DNA of 64,000 bases from Rhynchobatus australiae. Its lineage: Eukaryota. Under the pieces are notes generated by a model, which saw only the letters and a list, made by a program, of their open reading frames with translations, did not search any database and was not told the origin of the DNA. The translations under genes and the position numbers were made by a program. Shown here in pieces: positions 41,561-54,429 of this stretch. Each line of letters starts with the position of its first letter. The first letter of the stretch is position 1. The DNA lies in assembly GCA_034780895.1 (NCBI GenBank), contig JAUZTB010000033.1, positions 27,459,330-27,523,329 on the forward strand, given 5' to 3'.

Positions 41561-42439
41561 GAGCATGTGAGAGAGGTTATGTTGCAAGGAAGTAAGGAAT
41601 TTGTGAGATTGTTCTGAGAGCTGGGCTTGGATACGATGGGTTCAATGGTTTCCTTCAATTTTGTGAGGAGTTATGAGAATATATTAAACAATGCTATGTG
41701 AGGTTATTGAAGCCCAGGATTTTTGTTAATTACTAGGTGAAGGTGGATGACTGTAGCCATTTTGTTTAACTTTCAAACTCCTGCAGTGATTCTATTAAAA
41801 ATTTCTGCATTTCAGGTCTTCAGTAATTTGCATGGCAACAAGGTACCACTTTGTGACCCTAGGGATAGTTATTTCCTCTATTGATAGGCACTGGAAACCA
41901 TTTATTTACTGGAATAACATTACAGAAGGAAATGTTGCACAAATTAAGATAATATTAAAACCACAAACTTTGGGGAATTACTCAGTTTTGGAGATCTCAG
42001 AAACTCCACTTTGATTTTGCCCTACATATCGAAGAATGAAAGATAATGGGAAGTGAATTGTTCGATGAAAGTTTATCAGCACAGCCTTGGATTCTGGTGG
42101 ATGTAGGTTGAAGAAAAACAGAACCTGAAATATAAAACAATCCCTGGAGCAGCCATATCTACCACCTACTTCATTTAGGAGGAAGTTATGGGATATACCA
42201 CAAAGTGCATTGTGTTACACATGAAGGGAAATGATATTCCTTAACAATATGCTTCCAAGTGATGTTATCACACAAGGATTATTTTATCCAATAATGCAAG
42301 TCCCACTCTGTGCAATGCTTCTGAGCTTCATTGCCATGAGGTTCTGGAGGCTGTGTTGAGGTCACATTTTTGGCTCCATAATTGCCACTTTGGAGCCAAA
42401 AATATGCAAGCTTGTGGCTACTTTTTGATTGAACAGACA

Positions 42440-42975
42440 GTGAGGACAGTGACAGGTGGGGTGGGATGCATTTGTTTGGGGGTGAGGCGGGTGGAATTGG
42501 GATTTGACAAAGGGAGGGGAATCGGGCTTGAATTGTGTGCAGTGGCAGTGGGGGAAGGGTGTTTGGATCGGGCCAGAATTGGGTGAGGGAGGGGGATTGG
42601 ATTGGGAATGTGTGAAGTGGGGGAGAAAGGGGGAGTGTTGGATTAACTAGGGTTGCGCAACGTTGGCTGGAGTCAGACCAGGGTCTTGTGCAGGGAGGTA
42701 GAATTCCACTGGGTTCTTGTACCGATGGTGGGATGAGGTGTGGAATTGCAGAGGAGTTGTGTGAGGGGAGAGGGAATTGGAATTATGTGAAAGAAGATGG
42801 ATAGTACTGTGGCGTATGAAAGGGGATTCAGATTGTCGACTGGGTGGGTGTGTGTGCACAGAATTCAGAATGGCATTTGGCCAGTTAGATTGGGGATCAA
42901 CATTTTCAATGTAGTGGAGACACATGATCGGAAAATTGGCAGGATGTCGGTGGATGGCAGGATGGGAATGGGTCA
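42440..42975. repeat. G-rich low-complexity tract
   Basis: Strong G skew with recurring GGGGAG, GAATTGG and GTGGG words. Confidence 0.6.
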
Positions 42976-43133
42976 GGAGAAGCACTCACATATGTTACAT
43001 AATATATGCACAGACCCAGTCTGAAAACTATGGATTGTGCAAGGCATACAATGTGACTTCAATCTTTGTTCCCGTCTTACTTTTAATTGAAATTATCACA
43101 TAGCGTGGAGCTGTTCAATCTAATTTCTTACCC

Positions 43134-43357
43134 TAGACACAAGAGATTCTGCAGGTGCTGGAATCTGCAGCAACACACACAAAATATTGGAGGAAATCAG
43201 CAGGTCAGGCAGCATCTATGAAGGGAAATAAACAGTTGACATTTCAGTTGAGACCCTTCATCATGTCCTAATGAAGGGCCTCAACCCAAAACGTCGACTG
43301 TTTATTTCCTTCCATAGATGCTGCCTGACCTGCTGAGTTCCTCCAGAATTTTGTGTG
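43134..43357. mobile_element. Palindromic non-autonomous PLE-derived element with 13-bp TSD
   Basis: Inverted arms about 43175-43263 and 43269-43358 with a 5-nt spacer. TAATTTCTTACCC occurs at 43121-43133 and 43358-43370. Confidence 0.88.
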
Positions 43358-43561
43358 TAATTTCTTACCCCATATGTTTTACACAAGACAAGATACTTTG
43401 GGACATCAGAATTACTTTTGTTGATTAAGTTGACGTGTTACTCTTTTATCAGTCTGAATGATTTCTCATATCTGCTGTTTATCAGTGTACTATTTATGGA
43501 GGTATAGAATGCAATGGCTTCTGTAGAAAGTATAGCACTTGGTATGTTGTGTTGTTGAACT

Positions 43562-43897
43562 TAGAAACATAGAAAACCTACAGCACAATTCAGGCCCTTC
43601 GGCCCACAAAGCTGTGCTGAACATGTCCCTACCTTAGNNNNNNNNNNNNNNNNNNNNNNNNNNNNNNNNNNNNNNNNNNNNNNNNNNNNNNNNNNNNNNN
43701 NNNNNNNNNNNNNNNNNNNNNNNNNNNNNNNNNNNNNACCCCATCGTTTCCGCTTCCACCACCGTTGCCGGCAGCCCATTCCACGCACTCACCACTCTCT
43801 GAGTAAAAAACTTACCCCTGACATCTGCTCTATATCTACTCCCCAGCACCTTAAACCTGTGTCCTCTTGTGGCAACCATTTCAGCCCTGGGGAAAAG
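43562..43897 (-). mobile_element. CR1 LINE 3' end
   Basis: FPRAEMVATRGHRFKV..RGKFFTQRVVSAWNGLP; tail TAGAAACATAGAAA. Confidence 0.92.
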
Positions 43898-46800
43898 TAT
43901 TGTTAAACTTGATAAATTATTAAGATCCATTGATTAATGGCAATTGGTGGTCAGAATACACCATTCATCGCAAATTTCACTTCTTGATTACTTGAAAAAT
44001 TGTATCAAGAGTATTATCTCTTCTTTCCAGTTGATGTTCTCATCTAGGTGACCATCTATCTTTCTGCCCCTGGTCATGAAGGTATGAGGACAAAATTAGA
44101 ATCCATTTTCATTATAGTTTGCTTATGGTGGATATGTTTGGATGTCAACCCACTGAGCTAAATTTAACAGAGGCGTCAAATCTAGCCAGAAATATCAAAA
44201 GTGACTTAAATCATGAAAAAGGCTAGAAAGTTGCAAAAGGAACTCCATGATGTCAGCCCCTTAAAGTTGTTTGCATATTTGCAAAGCTCAGTACCAAAGT
44301 ATGTTTGTCTGGAGATTTAGTTTATAGTGCTAAATGTACTGTGCAGTGATCAGTCCCTGCCTCCAAAATTCATTCCATTGACTTCTTTGAGCTTTTAGGA
44401 TNNNNNNNNNNNNNNNNNNNNNNNNNNNNNNNNNNNNNNNNNNNNNNNNNNNNNNNNNNNNNNNNNNNNNNNNNNNNNNNNNNNNNNNNNNNNNNNNNNN
44501 NTTTTAGGATATTTTCTCATAATTCTGCTGCTTGGTTGCTGAGTGTTAACAGGAAGTTGCCAAATACTGATAGTGCAATGTAAACTACCCTATTTATAAA
44601 TAAGAAAGAATGACGTGGGGCAGTGTGTGGTGATTCAATAAAATGTGCCACAAGGAAATAGATTATGGGTTCAGACCACCAACCTTCATACACAGAAGTT
44701 CTCTTTTTACTCATGCTGATGAATTGAGTCCGAGCAGCCAGCACAGAGCAGGAAGGAGATTCAATGTACAGTCAATGAATCGGTTACAGACTGAGGCATG
44801 CAAATAGGTTTCCTGGTCAGGGAATGGTACTGCAGCAAGGTAAAGAAGAAGCTAAAAGAAACAATTCAGCAGCACAGTTTATAGAGCTTCTATGTATGAT
44901 GTAGATGATTGAATGTTTTATTAAAGTTCTGAGTTGTTGCATTTGCCTCGTGGCTGCCATTGCAATGTTAATATTTGTTTTGTAAAAGTCTTGCAGTTAT
45001 TTCTTCAAGTGCAAAGCTGAATGCATTTGTCATGTAGCAATAGCAAAGTTGCTACAGAAAGAAAATCATCAATTGGTTAGGTGTAAAACCTTCCTGCATC
45101 AGTGGAATACTTCCCAGATTTGTATTGTGGCTTGGTGTCAAACTTAGTTTGAATTACAGTGCTTTCCAAAATTTTTGCCAGGCTAAGGGCTCTAGATAAA
45201 TGTAAGTTGTCTTCTGCCTGTTTGTATGGAACTCAAGCAGCAATCTTGTGTACAGGCTGCCAGATAATACATTTACATCCATGTTCATGGATTCCATCTG
45301 ATTCATCAAAAAGCAGAATTTTATTTCTGTTGTAATTGACAGGTTTCATCTTTCTGAACTGTTGATGATGTTACATTATTATCCACTGGGATCAGGTTGA
45401 AATGCAGATGCAAGTAATTAACATGTCCCTTTCCTCTGCAGGTGACCAGGGACACTGAGGAGATAGGTAAGGATGACTGCCAACAAGAATGCCAGCACCA
45501 ATCATGCAGCTGGAGCATCTAAAGCAGTTTGTGACACAAGCGCCAGGTGAGAGACAAGTAATGTACTGTTACCTCAGCTGCTTAAATTTCTATATCTAAG
45601 GAAAACTTCTGCAAAGTTTCTCATGACCCTTTCAAGGTAACTCAGTGAAGTGGCGAAGTGTGTTAGCCTGACCTCACAGCCTACTTAATTTGTCCTTGAC
45701 TTGTCACTTTCCATAGGTTCGAACCAGGGCTGCCTTGTCAGAACTTAATATTCCCCAATAAAAACCAACGTGCACACGCTAACTGAAAAAAGTTGCAGGA
45801 CCGAAACCACTGTCATCAACATCTGAACAACATACTGACTCAGGCAGCCAAGGCCCAGCACTACATGAAGCATCTGTGAACAAAGCAATTAACAGAGTTT
45901 TTATAAGAAAATACAATGATAACAAAATTTAATCTGAATAAGAAATATCAGTTTCCTCGAAATGCAGTAACAAGAAAAATGGAAAGCATCAGCTGTGACT
46001 CACTTTACTGAGCTCATACAAACTAAACATTGGCAAAATCCAGTCTCATCAAGAAATTATTGTTTTTGATACAAATTTGAAAGATAAATGACTGACAATG
46101 TGAAGCAGGGTTCATTTCACAGAGCCAAGGTTACCATCCAGCTGAATTTTAAGTGGCTGTCTGAAAATTTCTGAAGTATGAATCATACACTGAAGGGCAT
46201 TATTTTAAAGCAGAAATCTATTTTTGACAGTTGCTTTTCTCTTCTAGATTTTAATGCATTTCGTCAGCAGTAAAGTGAACAATAGGTCAAAAGCCTTGAC
46301 GGTCCATGCACATTCATGCACAGACTATGAGTTTGTTTTCACACAACACATTAAGCCCTTTAGAAATGATGCAGTTTGCTTGGAACACTGCTTAATTCAT
46401 TGAAGTTAACAAAATAAGAACTACCAGTTGAATGTTTAAAGGGAACCACAAACAAATGAGAATATAAACCAATAGCTAAAGGTAACAAACTATGAGAAGC
46501 CCAAATATCAAATTATTTGGGTAACGGCTACATTCTGGAACAAGGGAAGTAATGGAACAATGTAGAACATCATAAAGTGGGCACAGACTGGTGCCAAATG
46601 TAAAGAATTGGAGACATTGATTTGTGGAATACTCAGTATAAAAAAACAGTGGACAGAGTCAAACTCTTCCAACTCTTGGTGTATTTAGAACAAACCAAAA
46701 TAGCAGTAACGTGGAGAATAGTGGATTGTTGCTGTAATTCTTATAGAGGGATGTGGGTAATGTCACAAATATAAAGGCTAAACTCAAACAATTATTAATT

Positions 46801-47914
46801 ATCATGTGAATTTTGAAATGACTTTAAAGTCTAGTGTGTCTTCTTAGGATATGAACCCTGAGGTTCAGAGGTCAAGTACTTGCAATGTTTTTCCTCCCCA
46901 GCTCAAGTGCATTTGTGTCTTTCTTTGTGCAGTTATTACCTGTGGTATTGCAGTCATGGATGAACCACAAAGTATTTTGATCATACTTGCATCATCAGTT
47001 GTAAAAATTAGTGGATTGTCAGTTGCTTTCCACNNNNNNNNNNNNNNNNNNNNNNNNNNNNNNNNNNNNNNNNNNNNNNNNNNNNNNNNNNNNNNNNNNN
47101 NNNNNNNNNNNNNNNNNNNNNNNNNNNNNNNNNTCAAAAGTTGGTATTTTCACTGCCTTTGCAACATTTGTATGAATTCCTGGCATTCAAGCAGAAAATT
47201 ATGTTGTACCTGGCTAAATGTAGATTTTTGTAAGTTTTGCACCTAGTAAAATTTTCCACACAGAGAGATTAGCAATAGTAGCACAGTTGCTGCAGGTTTA
47301 GTGAGTGATGTCAACAGATGATTACCAGAAAAAATGTAGTACAGCACTAATAGAGTAATTATTAGACCTGACATGAATAAGGCATAAGTATGGACAAATT
47401 CTTTTTAAAGAATAGATCACAAAATTAAAATGTGGATGTATGCACATTCTGAGCCATTGAGCAGAAAACTTCATAATATACCACCAAACAGTTCTGTAAT
47501 GTCTCGACTTTTTCAAATTATTGCTCATAAAAATATTATGCCCTGCAGAAGATCTGTCTTTTAATTATTGATAATAATAAATTACATGTTATAAAGGTCT
47601 TTTGTTGTTAAAAATCTACTGAGGAGTTTCAGAAGTGATTAATTCTGTTTGAAGTCTAGTAATTTCTGTTAATAGACAAATACAGGTGCAAGGAGACACA
47701 AACAGAAAATGTGGTAGATAATTGATAATTTAGGATAACTACGTAGTTTGTTTTGGGGGCATTAATTGATGGATGAATGCTCATTAGTTTAAAGGATAAA
47801 CATCCCTTTTTAATTTTTAAATGGAGTTTAGCAAGAGGATGATGTGGGGAATCGATCTAACACCTCAATGTGGAGTAGGAAGGAAACAGCACTTCCTGAG
47901 TAATTAACACAAGG

Positions 47915-48020
47915 GTTCAAATGTTGGAGCAACAAACAGTCTACTGGAGGAACTCAGCTGGTTGAGCAGTATCTATAGGGGGAAATGAATTGTTGGTATT
48001 TCGGGTCAAAACCCTGTGCA
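47915..48020 (-). mobile_element. PLE-derived terminal fragment
   Basis: CTGGAGGAACTCAGCTGGTTGAGCAGTATCT...ATTTCGGGTCAAAACCCT. Confidence 0.65.
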
Positions 48021-51000
48021 AATGTGGATTGGTATTTAACCAGATGAGTTTCTGCCACAATAGGTGAAAAAGCTGTCACTGAGTTAAGTTGAGGTCTAAG
48101 CCTAATGGAAATGTCAAGGATTATTGTGGAAGAGTTGAAAGGGACAGGAGACACTAAAATTGGGATTAAACTGGGTTTTCATACATAAAGTGAACTTCAT
48201 GGTGCTAATATTATTTTGTTTGGGGACTTTGGCCAAGATCTTTCACTGAAAAGTAGTTTGTCACGTACAAGTTTAATTTTCAATGTACCTCTAATGGCTT
48301 GAATGGAACCCATGATTTAACCAATATATAATGCACTTGAAAAGGAACAAAAAAGCTGCAGGTGCTGGAAATCTGAAATAAAACCAGAAATGCTGGAAAC
48401 AAATTTCCAGTTCCTTGTGACCTTTTGACCGAATGTGTGCTCAAAACTGTGTTGATATCAGTGAAAGCTTAGGTGGTGCAGTAGTCAGCATAATGTGTAT
48501 TCACCTCTGTAACTCAGTCCTCTTTAAATTGAGGATATGAGTCTGATGTAACATTACACTGTGTAAAAGATTGTAATCATAGACAAAAGCCCCAAGGCAG
48601 GACAGGTGTGTGAAACTGTGAAAGATTTACTTTATTGAGACCCAGACTAAGACAAATTGCTGGTAAAGTGGAATTTGTTTCACCATACCTGGGAGTAATT
48701 GACTCTCAGTTTAAAAAAATGGGATCTCTCAGTAGTGTATATTTTTCCCATTTTGGACCTGGCTATCTGAACATAGAAAAGTTTTTGGCAATTTTCTTCC
48801 AGTGGACAAATGGACATTAAACTCTGACCCCAGACTGGGCACTGCATGCCAGAATTTTCAACTCTTCCTCTTACTCCCTGCCTTGGCCACTCATGGCATT
48901 ATTGAAATGGGGTCACTATCCTCGGCCCCACTTTGGTGTGGTCAGCATTGGATTTAACAGGCAGACTGCATTCAGTAATTATCCTGGGATCCCTGACATG
49001 TAATTTTTGAGGCAACAAAAAATGTTAGAGAAAAATTGCACAGGTTCAACAATTTAATGCTCCGACCATCAAACCCCTTTTTGAGTCATCTAATTAAAGT
49101 TAATTCGCTATTGTGAAACATACTGACAAGCATCTACCTGTCAAATGAACTGAAGGTCTGTGAACAGCCTGTCTACAGAAAGCAGCCAGAAACTTATGGT
49201 GAATTAGGAGGCAACTTGTACTTTGGGTCATGTTCTTCATGACATCATTTGAGACGAATAGAGCTTGTAATAATAATGCTTTCTCGATACTGCTAGTTTC
49301 CAGAGTCAACAGGGATAAGTAAACTATGTCACTGTACCATCAACACGAAATTTCCTATCAGAACTCTCAATTCCACTTATTAGTGTGAAATAACTTGCAT
49401 CCACCAACAGGTTTATTCTTTGCTTACAGGGTCCTTGAAACTCAAAACTATTTTCAAAATCTCCTTTTATGATAATTTAATCCCAAGACAATCCCAAAGC
49501 ATGCAACATAATGTAGTATTCTACCCACTTCCTGTTGGAGTGGAAAAAAACCGAAATATCTTTCATGCGATTGATAATCAGCCAAGGTAGTTTTTCTTGT
49601 GTACATTTCCCACCCTAAAGATCTCACTAGACTTCAAGAATTCATGAACTCTTAAATGGTGCAAACACTTGGTTTTCCAGATCAAGTTTCATAAACAAAT
49701 TTTAATAATTTTTTTGGTACTTCAGTTTAACAATGACACACTCCCGGGGGTAAGGGAAGGAGGGCCTTTGCTCAAAGGAAAGTGGGTTGGTGATGCAGTT
49801 ACAGTACTTTACTGCTGAATCTCCAATCTGCAATCACTTCTAAAGTGTCTACTTGTTGGGAGTATATGATTGGCATATTTCCCATTTCCTGTTTTTGTCC
49901 AACAAAATGAGTCTTCTTGCTCAATTTATTTGATTAGAATTGAAGAGATCTACATTAGAAATTGGCTTATCATTGCAAAACCATGATTTTCTACTTTGAT
50001 TATTATCCTCAACAGGATATTCTCCTCTAAAATAACAAGACTGCAAGCAACTCGACTCGGTTATTCCCTATTTGCTTTCATGACGCATAGCTCCCAGTCA
50101 ATCAGCTCATAGGCTTGCAGCCAAGGCTTCTCTGTAATTGACTTAATCAAGGTGAGTTAGAATGGCCTGGAGTGATAGTGACTTTTTCTTTCTTCCTGGT
50201 GGAAATAGCCCAGCAATGCTTAACCTAATCTTGAATGAGCTGAATAAGACCACACACATTCCATGTGGGAATGTATATGCAAACTGGTGCTCTAATGTTT
50301 TATAGCTTAACAAATGAATGCAAGGTTAAATAATCTTTATAAATATTGTGGAAATCTACAAACTAGACTATATTTAACATTGGCATAAAACAGATGTGTT
50401 CTTTATAGCTGAGGTAAGAATTGTATGTTTAATATTCACTCAAAACTTAAATGTTTATGAAAATATGCAAACATCAATCAATCATTTACTTGCCCAGAGA
50501 AAAAACAGGTTAATTTCTCTGCTCTACCATAGCATAGGCCTTTGTCTATTCATCAGAGTATAACAGTGATGAATGCATACATCTCTCCCACGGAAGTGTA
50601 ATGATAAAGCAATTGAGAGAGGATGGTAGATGCCTCTTAATGTAGGTTTGTTTATATATTCACTGAAAGAAATGTCCAAACGATTTTATAATCAACAATT
50701 GATGTGAGCATCATATCTATTTCTATGGGAATTAATATGGTGTTAAAACTAATTGTTAGTGCGTGAGGCCATTCTTCAGAGCTGAAATAATGCATGTTAT
50801 AAAAAGCCTGAAGGAAACGTATCTTAAAGGATATGACTTTTATATGAACAGTTACGTTTGCATAAACATAACTAGCCCAAAAGGCCTCAGACCCTGGATT
50901 TCAGTATTGTGATATGCCCACACAGGAATTGTACCACTGACTCTCTCAAACGTCAACACATGTGGAAGAGGTGACTCTTGCACATGTTACGTGTCTGGGT

Positions 51001-51689
51001 AGCCATCATTGCATAAGAACCAAGTACGATTGCTCACATAACCTTACGAACAAGGGTGGCTATTTAAAAGTTTGGAACAGAGTTGTATTTAGATTTTGGA
51101 GATCTAATCTCATGTGACAAGGAGGCTCAAGTGATGTTCATGTCCATCATTGGACTAAGTATTTGTTTACTCAGTAGCAAAAAGAAGGCTTGCACTTTTG
51201 AAAATGGCCTTACCTTGAAGGAGAACAATTTTGTTTACAGTTGTGGCAGTTTTAATGGCAGTTAGAAAATTTGTCTCTTTATTTTTAGATGGAATTTTCC
51301 TTTTCCTTAAAGTGATGTCAACATCAGTGCAACTTCAGTGAGATCTCCAACCTCACTAGACTGAAAAAGTCACAGGACAGCCGGGTTCTATGAATACTAA
51401 CCCTGCTTCCCCTGAAACTGTTCTATTTAAAGGGTCAACACTTAACCTGCATTCTTTATCCTTTCTGAGATCCATGACCTCTTGCAACCTCAAATGCCCT
51501 GTCACATGTGCCTTCATTGCTTTGCCGATGGAGGTCAGGGTCATGGTCAGTTTCAGCCGCCCAGCCACAGGATCATTATTGTTGCTACTACTGACCTCCT
51601 GCCACAACGCAAAATCTGCTGCTCACTGTTGCATCAGAGAGGTCACATGAACTCCATGTTCAAGGAGAGACAGACTTCGTGCATTCTTC

Positions 51690-52900
51690 CGACAACCCAC
51701 AGAAGCAGGCAGAAGTATTCGGCTGCATTGCAGGGATTCAGAGACTCAACTTGCATCATGACAAAGTGCCTCCTGTGGGTGGGAGGAAAGATGACAGCCT
51801 TTATCACCAGCCCATTCCAGAACCCTGTAACCCCTGGGAATACAGTTGGAAAATCCGATGGTTGCTGGAAAAGTGTCGCCTGTATTGTGGCATGTTCCTT
51901 CAAGAGCTGGCTGCAGAGATTGCACCTGGTAGGCTAAATGATGACAGCTGGTGAAACAGCGACACATCAGTAAGAAATGTGGCACTGAAACTGGCTGTGA
52001 CAAACTAGGTTTCTGTTGGTGAATGTCCCTTTAAGATAGAGCATAGTGGTGTGTGTGGCATGGTTATGACAACAGAAGATAAAGGACGTAATGAAGTTTT
52101 TGGATCAGTCAGTTGGAATCAGTCTGAAGGAGAGAGAGAGAGACATCAACCTGCTAGTCTCTATCGATGGATGAAAAACAGTAACTGTGTCTGTTGCTAC
52201 AATCCACATATGGAATTTTGGAGTAATCTAGTGGAGTCCACTTTGTCGTTAACCTGTAGTGGGAAACAGGTATTTGTGTGGACAGCCACGTCTCGGATGC
52301 TTTTCGGGTGGCAGATACTTTGGAACAAAGCAGTGGAGTTGACTTTGTTGTTGACCTGTAGAAGAAAACAGGTATTTGTGTGGATGGCCACGATTCGAGT
52401 GCCTTTCAGAGCGAGGCAGATGTGGTGGAGTAGTCACTGCAGAGTAGATACTGAGGTGTCATTTGGGTTCCAAAGTGGAACATTTGGATTTCGTAATTAC
52501 CCTCTCTTTTCTCTCTGTGTTTTCTCTTCAGTCAACGGTGGTTGTTGAAGAAGCCTTTACTAATGTTTCACCTTATGGCTTGCTGAACTGAACATTAAGA
52601 ACTATTCCTGGACTTGGAGTTTGGGAATTTGCCACACACACACACACACACACTATGAGTTTCGTTTTTGGGGTTAATGTTTAAGATTTAACATTTTTAC
52701 TTCTNNNNNNNNNNNNNNNNNNNNNNNNNNNNNNNNNNNNNNNNNNNNNNNNNNNNNNNNNNNNNNNNNNNNNNNNNNNNNNNNNNNNNNNNNNNNNNNN
52801 NNNNCACTTATGTATCGGTGTGTTTCTTTTGTTGCTGGTTCGTAACACTGGCCAAGTCAGCATTACACAGGGAAACTTGAAGATACATTTCATGAACTTT
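51690..52900 (-). mobile_element. Decayed PIF/Harbinger (HARBI1-like) transposase remnant, split by a solo LTR
   Basis: Frameshifted motifs in the expected order on the minus strand: FKFPCV (about 52880), EGTCH (PGSxHD-like), WAGDKGCHL (WLLGDKGYPL-like), LNPCNAAEY (NPxTxAE-like). Confidence 0.5.
51996..52847. mobile_element. Solo LTR with 5-bp TSD
   Basis: Begins TGTGACA, ends GTAACA (TG...CA, short imperfect inverted termini). CTGGC at 51991-51995 and 52848-52852. Contains a 100-N gap. Confidence 0.85.
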
Positions 52901-54429
52901 GTTAGTGAAGTCCTTGCTCTGTATGCAAACACACCACAATGTTTTAACAAATGTGGAGTTACTCCCTTGCCTGTTGGGTCATGTGTGAGCTAGCTGTAAG
53001 CCGAGTCCCAGGAAAGGCCCTCCTTGTGCCCTCTCTCATAATTACAGTAGTTTACTGAGAAGCATTGCTCCCAGCAAGCTATCCTGAAAACTCTACAGTA
53101 TAGCTGGGCCCTGCTAACTCTGAGCTCTGACTTAGTTTTCAGTAAGTTATTCTGGAGCAGTTTTATAGATGTAATAAAATTCAGAAGTAAATTCTGGCTA
53201 GCAATGAGACACACTTCATCAATGCAAGTGTTAAATAACTGAACATCTGCATTTTAACTGCAATTGGTGTGAAACAAACTTTAAAATGTTCCTACTAAGC
53301 ATCTGGACACTGCTCAAGAAGTTTTTAAACATAATTTTTAAATGGTTCCCGGTTAGTGGAAATGCAGGAGCAGGATTAAGTGATGTAACCTTCCTTGCCT
53401 TATACCATGCTTTATAATCTGCACTCAGCTCTATTTAGCTATCCGACCTCCATGTGTCAAGATTGCCTTCCCCAGTAAAGCTTAGTCTGTACAGTTTAAG
53501 TTGATATCACATCCCTGACTTTCCAGGCAAGATCTCCAGATTTCCCTTACTCTTTACATAAAAGGTTGGTACCTGAGTAAACTCCTGAATGGCCCAGCTG
53601 TAATTTAAAGGTTAGAATTCCTTGCTCTGGATTCTCCTCAGTGAATCCAAACCAAGTTCATGAAACCAGTCTTTGTAATTGAAGCCTTTCAGGTCTGCTC
53701 CATGCACAGCCAACACCAGCACCAATATATCCAGTGAGCTAAACTGAACACAGCATTTCTGGCTATAGCAACTTCTTCTCTTCAATCTCCATTAGCCCAG
53801 GATAATGCAACACTGGTACCTTTTGAGGTGCTGCCACACAGACCCTTAGTTCTTTGCAGTGCTTTTGGTGCAGAGAAGTCCTCTGCTATACTTTCTTAAA
53901 AAAAAGTCATCCGCTCTGGCTTTGTGTTGTGCCAGGGACCTGAAGTGAATCCTGTCATCCACATTGTTGCACCAGGCACCTGGGTGCTGGGAACTTGGCG
54001 TGAGTCCCTGCTGATTTCCACCTGCAATGAATCACCCCACGACTTGGTGTGGAGAGGCTGACTGTGACGGCTGGCATTGGTGGTCCAGGGGAGAGTGGGC
54101 AGGGAGTATAGGGCTCAGGACTGCAGGGTGGGCCATTGCTGGAGTCTGGTAGCACCTGCTCTGTATGTTGACCATGTGTGTTGGTGAGAATGGTGCAGGT
54201 AGGCAGAGATGGAGAGACAGCAGCTTCCTTCACAACCACCAGCTGATGATGAGAGAGACTGAAGGATCCTGAGATCTGGCAACAAGTGGAGCAGGTCGTG
54301 GCATTTCCGAGCAATGGCCCACACACACCAGGTGACCTGGGGTGTAGCAGCCCTGAATCCCAGATCTCAGTGCTGAGTTGCTGCACTGTTTCCTCCTCCC
54401 ATCAACATCAACCCTCACAGGAACCTCGT

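Noticed and set aside
45442-45466. 25-nt micro-exon candidate (tttcctctgcag ... gtaagg)
   Set aside because: Would shift the frame after the phase-0 integrin exon and does not encode the expected DYPS sequence.
53955-54386. 143-aa GC-rich ORF
   Set aside because: No recognisable domain; lies between LINE fragments and is probably repeat-derived.
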